A program made the position numbers and the translations under genes. DNA of 64,000 nt from the NCBI GenBank assembly GCA_964016885.1, contig OZ024746.1, forward strand, positions 89,094,001 to 89,158,000, read 5' to 3'. Below, piece by piece: positions 43,004 to 58,334 of this stretch; within the stretch, counting starts at the first letter, position 1; each line of letters opens with the position of its first letter. The notes beneath the pieces are model-generated. The model was given only the letters and a program-made list of their open reading frames with translations, did not search any database and had not been told where the DNA came from. The stretch comes from Eledone cirrhosa. Taxonomy: Eukaryota.

Positions 43004-43187
43004 CCACTCTCAAGAGCGTGAAACTAATAAACATTTGTTCGTACTGCCTCTCTCTTTTGTTCCCGTTCCATTTTTCACTATATATATATATACATATATA
43101 TATACACATATATATATATACATATATATATAAATATATATATATATATATTTGCTTATTGTATCCCAACAATTTAAATAGAACTTT

Positions 43188-43228
<41 letters not shown>

Positions 43229-43232
<4 letters not shown>

Positions 43233-43405
43233 AAGCGAAGTAGTTTCAGATGTTCAAATCCTTTAATAACAATGCTGTCAGCATTGTTATTAAAGGACTT
43301 GAACATCTGAAACTACTTCGCTTTTCTTTATTCGATATTTACTCCGTCACTCCTATGTGGGAAAAGTACGTTGAGTGCTTGAATTGAATTGCATCAATGT
43401 TTACC

Positions 43406-43410
<5 letters not shown>
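43229..43410 (+). mobile_element. Short fold-back (arms 43229-43277 / 43279-43327) plus tail
   Basis: 49-bp arms, 1 mismatch, between (TA)n tracts. Confidence 0.7.
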
Positions 43411-43490
<80 letters not shown>

Positions 43491-43560
43491 AACACATGTT
43501 AGTGTGTTTGTTTCTATCAAGGTGTAAAATGCTCACACACAAAGAGAGAGAGAGTGAGAA

Positions 43561-43649
<89 letters not shown>

Positions 43650-45294
43650 GAGATAAAGAGAGATAGAGATAGAAAGTGAAAGAGCGAGCGTAAGACTGAA
43701 AGGCAGACATACTCACATATACATTGACACACACACACACATAAATATATATATATTTATGGTTATGTTTCCTTCGTTATCACCTAAGACTTCTGACTCC
43801 ATATCCCTGTTTTGTAATTCAGCTTAAATGTTTTCACTTTCATTGTATACATATTAAATTGTGTTGTTATAAACACATTAATATCACATATTCATAGATT
43901 ATTACATACAACTTATTGCTATATCTTATGCTTATGTGGTACTTTAATATTATACACCTAATTAAATCTTCAGTTTTATATTGAATAATTAGCATATCCC
44001 TTATTATTTAATTTTGGCTGAATCTTTACATATTTTCCACCACTTTTCTTCTTATCATTTTCTCTTCAATCAAATTATTTCTTGTTTACTTCAACAAATA
44101 TGTAGAATGGTTGAACAGTTTCAGAAATACTAAACTATACCATAGTAAATTCTTTGTAGTAGTTAGTGTTTTTGTAGTCGACTACGCTTTTTCTCTTCCT
44201 GAGTATGACTTCTCTAACTTTACTTATGTCTGATACTACGTGTAACATTCTCTACCAGTAGAAAAATAACTTTTATTTTAGTTTGAGTTGTTAATGAATC
44301 AAAGATAAAAAGAAACTCACATTAAAAACATGTTATATAACGAACTACTCAATTATAGTATATATTATGATAATCGTTTCTCTTTGCGGGAGGTAAAAGT
44401 CGATTAAATCAACCCCAGTGCATTACTGGTACTTTATTTTATCTACCCTGTAAGGATGAAAGGCAAAGCTGAGCCACGACCTCAACTCAAAACATAAAGG
44501 TCCGTAACTAAGTATATATTAGTGATATTATGATAATGATAATTAGTGATTCAAATGATGAAATAAGAAATATATGTCAGAGTAATTATTGTGTATTAGG
44601 TTTCAACATCCACGGAATATCCATGGGTCCCCCTAGTACATAATATATCATCTAAATGTAGCTGAGAAGACTTTATCAGTTGAATAATACGGTATTATAA
44701 ACAATACAAAAAAGGACTGTCTCCACTAAGTATTGCATAGGTAAACCCGGAATAATTCATAATACATATATATGCATCAATGTTCAACACGAAAAATATG
44801 AACCGACAAAAGCATCCAACTTCCTCATCACTCATCACCTGGGCAATTTAATTCCATGCATAAGGGAGGTATTGCATAATATTGAACCCGGCTTGGACGA
44901 TGGCATAAAACAAACCGCTGGACAAATTCATATGAGGCAAGACACCAATATAGATACAGGTTTGTCTATTGGTGTGTTTATGTCTCGTAAGGTGGTTCGA
45001 CAAGAGGGATCGATAAATATATATATATATATATAAGCCCTGTGATAATTAGTACTGGGTCGATGTGATCGACTAAGCCTAAAAGTGCTGATTCTTTAAG
45101 GCCCAGAAAAACACACACACAGACAAACACACACAACACTAACTCACACACATACACACACACACACACATACTCCCCCATATATATATATATATCACAT
45201 AGTATATTATGTTAATGATCTGTTATTTGTGATTCTATATCCTGTATAAATTCTTTTTGTTTTCATAACGCACAATGCATATATTAAGAACAAT

Positions 45295-45482
45295 ATTGGT
45301 TTCTGATTTAGGCAGGTCAGCAATTTTTGGGAAAAGGACCCCAGGGAATTACTGCTATTTTGTTTTATCGACCCTTTAAGGATGAGTGGCAAAGTCAACT
45401 CCGGCAGGATTTGAACTCAGATCGTAAAGGGCCATAACTCTATGCCAATAAAGTTGTCGACGCTCGACCGATACTGCCAATC
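45295..45482 (-). mobile_element. tRNA-derived SINE
   Basis: Reverse complement of the family. Confidence 0.75.
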
Positions 45483-46241
45483 TAAAAAATAGTAAGAAAT
45501 CAATACAGTAGTAAATTATTTAAAATCTTTATTCTATTGACACAGTCTTTCTTTTCTAACCCTCTTCACACCCACTACAGTAGACGTAATATTTCTCCAA
45601 AACATTCTGCCTTTAGCCAGCTACATATTTACAGATATGTTTTTATTCTAGTTGTTCTTCCTCCAATAATCATCTATTTACAGATTATCCGCTTCTTTTT
45701 CATATTGATTCAAACTTTGTTATTGTCGAGTTCCATTATTGGCGTGCTTTGTGAGACTTTGTCTTGATCAACCACATAATATGGATAAGTATCCTTTTGT
45801 GGCCTCTTTCCTCACACATATCTGCATTTTGTATGGTTCACATATACATAATGAAACACTGGGCTTTGTTGTTCAACGTTTTCCAGAGCTATTTCTTGTT
45901 GCTTTCATCGAAAACATTCAACATGTAATAGACACGCAACATGAGAAAGACTTCATTTTATTGATGGCGAACATCAAAGTACAATTTTGTGAACGCTGGA
46001 ATGAAAGAGATCATGGCAGGGAACGGATCCGGTGTGTTAACAAAGCTCACGAATTCTTCACCACATTCAGTATCTTTTATTGCCTGGTGATTAGTGGGCC
46101 ATGTTTTCATGACATTAGTATGGCTCAAATTTTGCCTTTTACTAATTTGGCTTTTACCGACACACACACACAATAACTAGCTCTCCAGATTTTACTGCTA
46201 TATATTCTCTATATATGTTTCTATAAAATCCACTATATAAT

Positions 46242-46324
46242 TGTTTCTACTTTTAGGCACAAGGCCAGCAATTACCCAGTGCATTACTGGTACTTTATTT
46301 TGTCGACCCCGTAAGGATGAAATG
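46242..46324 (-). mobile_element. 5'-truncated SINE with 17-bp TSD
   Basis: AAAATCCACTATATAAT at 46225-46241 and 46325-46341. Confidence 0.85.
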
Positions 46325-46856
46325 AAAATCCACTATATAATGATATATATTCTGTTTCTTTTATTTCTTTATTGGTTTCAATCATAAGAGTTAGGCCATA
46401 CTAGGGCAACTTTTAGATGTAGTCGATCACATTGACCGACACATCACTAATTATCACAGGGCTGATATGTATTTTTATCGATCTTTCTTGTCGAACCACT
46501 AACTTACGATACATAAGCACACCAAGAGACAAACATGTGTCTCTATAGTTGTCTCATATGCACCTGTCCAGCGGTTTGTTTTATGTCGTCTTGCAACCCG
46601 GGTTCAATATTATGCAATACTAGCCTTATGCACGGAATTAGATTGCCCAGGGGATGACTGGTGAGGAAGTTGGATGCTTTTGTCCGTTCATTATTTTCGT
46701 ATAGAACATTGATATATATTTACATGTATTATGAATTATGCTTGTAAAATGTATTGCACTACTTTAAGTTTGAAGACATAGGCGTGACGGAAACTCCAGA
46801 CTATCTCATTTTCAAATCGCACGAGGAAAGTGACCATAAGCCTGAAAATATGTCGA

Positions 46857-46964
46857 TTCTTCTTCTTCTTCTTCTTCTTCTTCTTCTTCTGCTTCTTCTT
46901 CTTCTGGTGGTGGTGGTGGTGGTGGTGGTGGTGGTGGTGGTGGTGGTGGTGGTGGTGGTGGTGG

Positions 46965-47015
<51 letters not shown>

Positions 47016-47045
47016 CGACGACGACGATGATGATGATGATGATGA
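46857..47045. repeat. Compound trinucleotide microsatellite (CTT)n(GGT)n(GAT)n
   Basis: Directly visible. Confidence 0.95.
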
Positions 47046-47280
47046 AAGGTTCATAGGGGCAGAGTCCTCCAGCACTCCTTCCAGCAGGTCCTGTCAGAAG
47101 CAACCATCTCCAACTGATCTGGGTAGATTCCCAAGCGAGTCCAGCCAAGCTCATGGATGTTATCCAACCATCTTGCTCGGAGTCTATCCCTGGATCTCCT
47201 GCCTGTTGGTTTTGTCCGTAAAATATGTCCAGCGATTCTTTCCTGAGATATTCTAACCACATGCCCGTATTGTAGGAGCT
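47046..47280 (-). pseudogene. RTE-clade LINE 3' end fragment
   Basis: GHVVRISQERI...KPTGRRSRDRLRARWLDNI..ASDRTCW; ends in an (ATC)n tail. Confidence 0.65.
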
Positions 47281-47457
47281 GTTATTCTTCAGAAAACAAA
47301 AGTTCCGAAGTGCTTTAAAATGATCTTATAATTTTCAGTGTATTTCTGAGTATGGAGGAACAGTGGGATGTGTTTCAATTTGACACCTCATTATCATCGC
47401 AGTAAAAGCTTCAAATTCAGAAAGTAAACCACCAGGCTAAATGAAAACCCGACAGAC

Positions 47458-47609
<152 letters not shown>

Positions 47610-47847
47610 GAATGAAAAATGACGTGCTGCGTTGTTGCGAATATGAACATATGAATAAAAATAGACCGAGAAACATGAAAAGTCTGTCATCAGTAGTCTG
47701 CTGATTCTCATTGGTATTTCTTCGCATTAAAGACTAGATACCTAAAATCAGTGCGAGCGATAACTAAATTAAGTTATCGGGACAGAGGAAAGTGAACAAA
47801 CAACATGGTAGTAACGCAACGTAAAGAGAGGAAAAGAGAGACAAGTC

Positions 47848-48636
<789 letters not shown>

Positions 48637-49083
48637 TTTCTACATATTTGGCACAGTCTGTACAAAATTATTCAGTAAGCGTAATAATAAATAATATAAT
48701 ATTTCTGTCTGTTCCATTCGCCTTTCGGCTGCATATAAGTGAAGGTAATAAATAAAAAATAATTGTTTCTACTTTAGGCACAAGGCCAGCAATTACTCAG
48801 TGCATTACTAATAAATAAAAAATAATGACAGTATTTTAGTAGTAACGGGAAAATAATTGATTTGACGTAGAGAAAGATTTATACAGAAAAGTAAATATTT
48901 CTAAGGTGCAACAATATATGCTTTGATATGTATATTAATTCTTATACAGTACAAGAGAAAGTTAATAATAAGATATCATCTGGTGCAAGTATATATCCCC
49001 ATATAATTGCAAATCTGCTACACTACACACACAGATACACATATGTTTATGAATATGTATTTCTTTCTCTCTCTCTCTCTCTC

Positions 49084-49172
<89 letters not shown>

Positions 49173-50717
49173 AGAAGAAGAAGAAGAAGAAGAAGAAGAA
49201 GAAGAAGAAGAAGAAGAAGAAGAAGAAGAAGAAGAAGAAGAAGAAGAAAGGAAAGACAGGTGATGGACGAAATATATACACAAACATGTAAAAATTGTGT
49301 GCAAGGAAAATATTGACGTTGAAGGAAATAAAAACATATGATCTGACATTTTCGTCTCTACCTTTTTATTATCGAAAGAAAGTAGAATTTGAAAGGAAAA
49401 TAATACAACATATATATATATGAGTTTCAGCAGATCTCGTAAAAGGGTGAAAGCTGCGATTCTTTGCTTAAACTTACGAAGGTTTAGCAACTAAATTATC
49501 TCATATATATATATATGATACTGTAGCTAATTTATATCGCCTCCTGTTTATAGTTAAAAGAAACTAATTTTATTTGGTGTTGTTGCTATTTATCTCTCAA
49601 CTCAGCCCTTATCTAATAGATATATGACACTCCACGTATGATATTACAGCATATTGTCAGACGTTGTGTATCAATACCTATATGAAAATATGTCTCCTGT
49701 TTTGAAATTTGGAGGAAATTTGACTTGAGTACCTTTTCTAGCCTACTTAGAACATCATGCACTACCGTTGGTGTATGGTTGTTTTTGAGAGTATGCGTAC
49801 ATTTAGTTCTTCAGTGTATTTCAACCATCACACTTAAAACCATGCTATGCATCGCCTTCCTATGAATGTTCGTAATTTCTACTCTGTCTTCATTTAAAAC
49901 AGTCCCTGTGAAATATTAACGCTGTGAATGATAATGGGTTTCCGATTGCAACTGCTTTTGTTCAGAATTGATTATGATCCTATGTAGTTCAGTTGACTGC
50001 CAATTGTTGGTTGAAAAATCAAAAGTAATACTTAACAAATTCTTTCTTCTCATACTCATGAAAGGAGCAAGGTCTTGTTTCCGTTGTCATTTTTTCTTTC
50101 ATGGTTTTATTTTTCTTACCTTTACATCTATTATAATAATTAGCATACCTATGAAAAGACTTTCAGTAAAATAAGCAGGCGGAATTTGTTAATGACAAGA
50201 ATACAATTCATTAGTGAAGCTTTAGTACTTACGATGTCAAACGTATTAAACCATTGATTTGGTTGGCACCTTATCCATTATTCCTCCTGTTCTAGCTATA
50301 CGCCCCAGTGAATGCTATCGTTCAGGTCTATTGAACAAACAAATTAATTCTAACACTAAATCTAAATGAGTGCTAAAACCACTGACGTAGTTCGGACCTT
50401 ACTTGCAATAGGAAACTTTCTAATAATAATAATGATGATGATGATAATGGTGATAGTAGTGATGATAGTGGTGGTGATGTTGATGATGATGATGATGATA
50501 ATCATTACCGATTACTCCTACCAATGTCACTACCGTTGTTATTGCCGTATTTGTTATGTATAAAGATTATAGCTTTTGATTTAGTTTCCATTCTTTGTTT
50601 GCTATTGTTTTTGCCACAGAACTTAATGGACTACTAAAGATGTTATAAATTTCTTATGTTGTTCAGTTTCAAAGAGATGAAACTTTCGAGTGATTTATAA
50701 CCAACTAGAGGGAAGGC

Positions 50718-50845
<128 letters not shown>

Positions 50846-53289
50846 GTGGTGGTGGTGGTGGGGGGGGGGGGAGAAAGAAAGAAAGAGCGAGAGAGAGAGA
50901 GAGAGAAAGGTAAAGGTAGAAAGAGAGAGAGAGAGAGCGAAAGAGAAAGAGATGAAAGAAAGAGAATAGAAGGGGGTATGTACACGCTAGATAAAAAGCT
51001 ATAAAATTCAGAGCGATTATCGCAAGTGTTGAGTAAAGTATTTCTGTTTAGGTTCCAATGTTTGATCACAGGATCCTCTTTTATTTTATTTTTTATTCAT
51101 CTATAATTAGCAGGTTTCCGACAAGGTTTATTGTTGACGCACCAGTAACTCTTTAGTTTACAGAGCCTAAACGAGTTCCTTAAATGATTTTATGAACAAG
51201 AGATGTCAAATGACCCTTTATTTAATATCTCGTATCTAAATCTGTTAATCTTCGATCCATTTCATTTCGCAGCGTTGCTTTGTTTTATTTTGGATTCAGA
51301 AAGTCGATCTAACTTCAACGTAACCGATCTTCATGTCTCGCATTGGCGATCACATTAAAAAGATGTACAAACAATGGGCAAAGGTACGGCTGTGAGTTTA
51401 CATATATCACTTTGCAAGCGCGTGATTTCAAGTTCATTCTTACTACGAAGTGACCTGGGGTTGTATATTTAACCATACATTCAAGTTGATCAACTATTGT
51501 GATAGGAATTTAATTGCGGAAACTGTGCGAAAGTCCGTTGACATGTTTGTGTGTGTATCATTCGCTGATACATACCAGTATAGATTGTAAACATTGGCAA
51601 CATATCTGTGCTATTTTCACCGAATTACAGACGATCGTTTCTTACTCACGCCATCAAATAAAAAATACAAAACACTAAATGGTTGATTTTCCCTCTGGAA
51701 ACCGGTAACCAACGATATTGTAGTTGTCAAATTGTGATATTAAATTAACAATGAATAAATAAGTTTAAAATGGGTCTTTGCAGTAACGTTACTCGATAAA
51801 GTGCGTAGTTTGGAGATCAGAGGGTCACACCAGCTAGAGTCGCTACTTCTTCCAATTGAGACATCACATCTCTGATACATGTGGTTATATTGTCTCAGGA
51901 AACAGTCGCTAGCAGATTTCACGGGCAAAATCAACTGGCAAGAGCCCCAGGGGTAGACTCCGAGCTAGATGATTCGATAACATCCATGAGGATAGCTGGT
52001 CACGGATCAGCTGAAGACGGTTGCTTCTGACAGGATCCGCTGGAAGGAATGTTTGAGGAATCTTCCCCCACGATCCTCTCGGGAATAAGTGGGCGAAAAA
52101 GTAGAATAATTTACTTCAAAATGCAGCGAGTTAGAGATCTAAGTTGACTATTGACAACAGAAGAAAAGTGTGGTGAAGTTAGATAAACGGTGCAGCATAA
52201 GTTTAAATATCTTGTATCATTTACCTGTGCCCATTTCCGTTGTATGATCAAATCCCGTTGGATTTCATAGCATTAGAATTGTTGTGGCTACTTAGTTAGA
52301 GATTAACTCTAATTGACTTACACAACTATGTTCCAATACGTTCCTGGATTTACCACCCAAATTTTTGGAGACCAATGTCAACCAGGAACACATTAGTCAA
52401 TGTGCATTTTGCGAATACAGCAAGGATGTGATTCAACAGATATATAGCTGATATTTCTAGCAGGTCGACAATTTATCATACAAGGAATCCTTAGTTGTTT
52501 GAACAGTTGATGAAACCATTAACAATAATTCGATGGATTTCGATTCGATTCGTTATATCAGTTTTATAGTAATTTTTAGCTTTCATCAAGCTTAAGTCTT
52601 TTTCCAAATCGTGATGAAGTCAACTTAGCTTTTCAGAATTTTGGGATGAATTGGTATTTGTGTTATTATGATATTATGTTGCACCTTCAGAACCTCTTTA
52701 CTATTTGAGACGGCAGTTATACTGAATATAATTATTTTAGGAATCAGTAATGACGACTCGGTTCTTATTAGTTTCAACTGAATTGTATTTTGTAATAAAA
52801 CTTGAATGTCGTGAATGTGAATGTGGTTCTCTTAAGAAAATAATATTTTAAAGAGAATCTGCGCTACTTCAAATTTATTATAAGATGCTGTAACAGTTTC
52901 AGCTTGTCTGCAATTAATCCCTTGCTGTATAATGTTCACCACATTTACTGATGCAAATTACTGAACGAACTACTGATACTTTTATGATTAAACATGTAAC
53001 ACACTAGCAAGCAGCAACCGCAACGATCACTGACTGAAGTCTCGAATGATGTCAATGATCGACAAATATATTTATCTCTTTTTTCTCCTACTTAAAGATA
53101 TAGGTCCTTTATGCATAGAAAGAAAACAAAAATAAAACTAAAAAACAGATCAACGTTATCTGCTTATAAGTAAAAAAAATACAGCACCAGATAAAGCGTC
53201 ACTACAGTGCTTCTAGCCGAACTTCTGTTATTTCCAACGACCACTGCTCCAGTTCATTCACTCAACAGATTTGCTTATTCGTAAAATCA

Positions 53290-53545
53290 ATGTGTACGCG
53301 GATGAGCATTCCTCAAACACGTGGACCATTTATGTAGTTATCACGGGGATTCAAGGTGACACAAAGATTGACATGGCTACACCATTGAATTATAGGTACA
53401 ATGTATATGTATCCAGCTGAGTGGATTGGAACAACGTAAAATAAATCATACTTCTGAAGGACATAAGACACCGTTCGATCCAGGATTGAACTTATGATCC
53501 TACGATCCTGAGCTGAATATCCTAACCCCAAGCCACCGGACTTCA
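53290..53545 (-). mobile_element. Different, older tRNA-derived SINE
   Basis: Minus strand GGGTTAGGATATTCAGCTCA..AAGTTCAATCCTGG tRNA-like head. Confidence 0.5.
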
Positions 53546-54335
53546 CATTTATTTTGGTTAGTCCTTTGTAATGTATGATAGTTTTGTAAGAGAAAATATC
53601 CTATTTGATTTGCCATATGAATCATTGACGTCCTTACAAAATGCATGGGCATATTATAATTGCCCACACTGCATATATAAATGTGTGGCTGCTTTCAATT
53701 TCGAAAAAAGAATAAATAGTTAGGGTTAAGTTTCTTTCTTGTTTGAAATTAGGCGTAATTCACTTGGCAAGTAACAGAACATTATTTTATCAAGAGCAAC
53801 TTTTTTATGGAAACAAATACAGCCTCACTCACACGTTTATAAGCAGAAAGAAAACACTATGCAAATAAATCAAATAATCGAAGCTGGGTTGTGAACACTG
53901 ATAGCCGTGGGTTTGTCAATGATTGGCAACTACCTTCACTCAAAGTAACGGCGTAAAAGGCAGAGCAAATAGGTTAATAGAAGATTGAAGACATCCAAGA
54001 AAAGCTGTATAAAGAATAAAATACACCCACAGGAATAACAAATCACCGGAACACACACACACATATATATACAGAAAAGAAGTAACAAAAAGCAACCAAA
54101 TAATTTAATCATGGATTTACAAGGAACCAAATTAATGAATTCTTTGGAAGAAATAATCGAAGAAGGCGCTGAGAATTTAGGAAGGCGATTCACAGATAAA
54201 ATATTGTCAGGACTTTTTTTTATGATTAAAGCGAAGAAATATAGTTTGTTTTAATGAATGTCAAGTGAGAAGAAACGTTTTGATTAATTAAAGGAGAAAA
54301 CGAGAAAAGAATCTTCAACTTAAGCGAGAGATTAA

Positions 54336-54406
<71 letters not shown>

Positions 54407-54813
54407 AACACAGTTTTACATTCTTATTTGCTGACTGTTTTCACTGCATAACACATGCAGTTCTCTGCACGTTGAGTGTGCAATTTTTTATTTTATTTTC
54501 GTACTTTCTATTGTATTGACCATACTCTATATAATGTACGAAGTGCCTTTTTGTACTACATCGTGTATATTATGCATAGTTGCAAGTGCTCCTAGAATGA
54601 AATGCCCGTACAGGACGACAGCCTCTATTATTGGACAGAGAGTCGGATTAAGGTGCATGGGCTATGGTTCGTACCAGATTTCTCTGTAGATAAAAACAAA
54701 ACTGGGAAGTAGTTGTCGCCAGTAAGGCCAGTCTCGCTCACAAAAGGTTTAAGGAATCAAGATACCCCTCGAAAGTTGGGTAAATGTAGCTAATGCATAT
54801 ATCACTTCATTAT

Positions 54814-54992
54814 TGGCATTATCAGTAGAGGGTCGGACGCCATGCTTTGACGCATAGAGATACGACCCTTGCCATTCTGAGTTCAAATCCCGCCGAGGTT
54901 AACTTTGCCTTTCATCCTTGCGGGGTCGATAAAATAAAGTACCAGTAATGTACTAAGTAATTGCTGGCCTTGTGCCAAAAGTAAAAACAATT
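54814..54992 (+). mobile_element. tRNA-derived SINE
   Basis: Family consensus, near full length. Confidence 0.85.
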
Positions 54993-56437
54993 AATGTATT
55001 GTCGCCTGGCCGTCGTACCTTCTCCCAATAATCATCTAAGCAGATAGGATTGCATGCTTTTTCAAATAGTGGTGGGGTATGTTTGTTCGAAATAAACTCT
55101 ACTGGCACGGCCATATTAATGCCCCTCGCAACCGAGCATGTCCAAGACACTCGGTCACGCATTTCTGATATATGGGTTTGTGTCAAATATGTTATCACGT
55201 GCTATTTATTATAAATATCAAACAACCCGCTTCTTTTGTTAAGAATAAGGCTAATGCTATGAGGGTTATATATTGAATATCGCTGAGAGGTATTCGGCAA
55301 GAGCATTTCATCTGAGGCCAAACCCTCATCAACTTAAGCAGCTAAGTTAGCGAAACGAGTGAAGCGTTATCCGTCAATAAATTATATGAGATCTGGTTAA
55401 CTGTGGTGAATTTAGCTACGCTAAATGAACCCACATTTACTAGTAGGTTGGAGACGAAAAATTTGAGAGTGCAGTTGGGGTATGGGGATAAACCGGGATA
55501 GCATATATGTTACCCCGAATAAACCCGTATTTACTCTTCAGCCATTTGAGGATTCTTTTCTCGTCCTTATTGTGTTCTACTATATATTGTTATATATTTA
55601 ATAATAATCCAATATATCTCTTATATTATTGTTGATTTCACTCATTTACTCAATGTAAATCACACACAGCGATTCCTTTTTGTTTACCCCTTTTTACTGT
55701 ATGTAAAATATCTCTGATATCACATTAAAAAGGATGGCCAGGCAAGATAATGTATTAAAAAGGAAGGCCAGGCAAGATGATGTATTCCAAGACATATTAT
55801 AAGCGGACAAGTAGGATGATTACGGATTGAGGGAATCTGATAAATCTGCTAACCCAGCACTGAGTTGTAAAATTAGTGTAGAGAAGAACAATTATAGTAA
55901 TAGCAACATTACATATATTTTTACCAGAGCCCCGTACTTATTCTCTGATCGTTCATTTCAAATTTGTTGTAGGAAAGGTTGTTAAGTTGTTTTGCATAAG
56001 GTCAGACCAGGCACATTAAAATTGCTGTCAAAATTATCCTAGCCGTGACCATCTTGTCTTCCTATTCAAAGAGGAAAGTTCTATATCTTGATGTTTATTG
56101 TTTATCGAGGATCAACATGGTTGATGCTACATATCAGCTAGAATGAAATTACATTGAATCGTAAGCTCTGTCTGATGTTTCATGAATTTTACTCCATTCC
56201 ACGTTTTCGAACTCTGTACGGTAACAACATCAAACCAGTAACATATTTGACAAGGATTTGCGGCTGCCCTATAAAATTATGCAGCTGTAATACTCTGGGT
56301 TCGATCTATATAGCGAACGGAATCAATAATACAATGCAGCTGGAACACCTCTTGAACGTATACCACATCAATTAAGGAGATGCTGGTCTCGAGATAGGCA
56401 TAAACACCATACTATCTGATACTATATATATAATAGT

Positions 56438-56580
56438 TTCTTATATAGGCACAAGGCCATCAATTCTGAAGGAGGGGAAAGTCGATTAAATCGACCCCAG
56501 TGCGTGACTAGTACTTTATTTTATCGACTCCGTAAGGATGAAAGGCAAAGTTAACCTCGGCGGGATTTGAACTCAAGTCA
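56438..56580 (-). mobile_element. SINE with 19-bp TSD
   Basis: ATACTATATATATAATAGT at 56419-56437 and 56581-56599. Confidence 0.85.
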
Positions 56581-57414
56581 ATACTATATATATAATAGTA
56601 ATTGGAAAGTGCGTGCTTTATTTGAAAATAACTATTTCTAAATTAGGCACGAGGCCAACAATTTGTGGGGATACATTGACCCCAGTTAAGGACTGATACT
56701 TTATTTTATGAAGGATGAAAGGATGGAAGGCAAATTTGAACTCGACAGGATCTTATAAGGTAACGTGCCTTTACTAAATGCTTGTAAATATTTTGTCCGA
56801 CGCTCTAACGATTCTGCTAATCCACCACACTTTTGTTACAAATTAATATAAACGTACTTATTGTACTTATATAATGTTTGAATCTCTTAATACTTTTTCC
56901 AAGTCAGTTATAAAATTTAGCGTCAACGATTGCACAATATGTTAATAATAGTGGCTAAAGACAATGTGCTGCCAGTCTAGATGATTTAGTGAATATATTT
57001 CTTTTTAGAAATTAATGAAATACAACCTGTCGGCGACGAAAGTTGAATGGCTCTTATTCCAGCCAATTGTGAATGAAAACTTTATCTTCATAACACATAA
57101 ATAATGACTGTAAGCATGAACATGAAAATACTGGACAGATGTTGTTATAGTACAGTAACTATGGAGCTTCATATATCAGTTAGTATACTAAAGAGAGTAA
57201 TTCCAGACAATGTAACTACCATTAACCATTAAGCATCGTTATCATTGTCTCTTCTCCACATCCTTCCCGTTCACATTATCTCAATACAATTTTATGATTG
57301 TAATACACAAGGAAATGCTGATGATAATGACAATTATTTAAGATTTTAGAAATGTATCATCATCATCATCATCATCTTTATTATTATTATTATTATTATT
57401 ATTGTTATTGTTAT

Positions 57415-58215
57415 TCCTTGAATCTCAGTCATTGATGTTGGTTAACTGGAAAGTCCGTTGGATTGAATATCAAGCCACTACCTGCAGCCTCAGATATTCA
57501 GGACGTATCGGAGGGTTCTTGCTGTTCCAAGCAAGCATACCTTTTGAAGCGTTCCAAAAAGCGTGAAGGGGCCGATTTTCTTTAACCATCACTGGAAACC
57601 TTTGGAGATAGTCCCCAGTGCGCCTATGACAATCGGGATCACTTTGACTTCATGGCAGTTCCAGATCCTTTTCACCTCCCACTTTAGGTCCTGGTATCGG
57701 TTAATTTTCTCCCTCTCCTTCTCTTGCACTCTCGTGTCGAACGGGCAGGCCACATCCACAATCAGGCACGATCTTTTTTCTTTGTCCAAAACCACCAGGT
57801 CAGGTCTATTGTGTTCCAGTTTTTTGTCCGTCTGTATCCTAAAATCCCACAGCACCTTCACCTGACTGTTCTCCATCACCGCCTCTGGCCTATGCTCATA
57901 CCATTTCTCAGAATGTGGTAGATTGTTTACTTTGCACAGGTGCCAGTGGATCACCCTCCCATCACATCGTGTCTCCAGCCCTTATAGTGGGTCTGGGCTA
58001 GGTGTTTACACTCGGACACAATGTGAGCCACAGTCTCCTCTCTCTCTCCACAGATCCTGCACAGTGGGCTAGCCTCCTCCTTGTAGATATGGTGCTTCAA
58101 CCACTTCGTTTTGAGGGCCTGCTCCTGCGCAGCCATTAGCATTCCTTCTGTAGCCTTTTTGAGGTCTCCTCTTCTCAACCAGTTCCATGTCTGTGGATCT
58201 CTAAATTCAGTTTTC
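57415..58215 (-). mobile_element. Dong/R4-like LINE 3' fragment (copy 1)
   Basis: TEGMLMAAQEQAL, CRIC..ETVAHIVSEC..RHD, RPDLVV..IVDVACP, PIVIGALG; flanked by (TTA)n. Confidence 0.88.
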
Positions 58216-58225
58216 ATTATTATTA

Positions 58226-58332
<107 letters not shown>

Positions 58333-58334
58333 GT

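Noticed and set aside
54953-55198. Minus-strand ORF with 'NPICL' (trypsin-like?)
   Set aside because: No other protease motifs and it runs into a SINE; insufficient evidence
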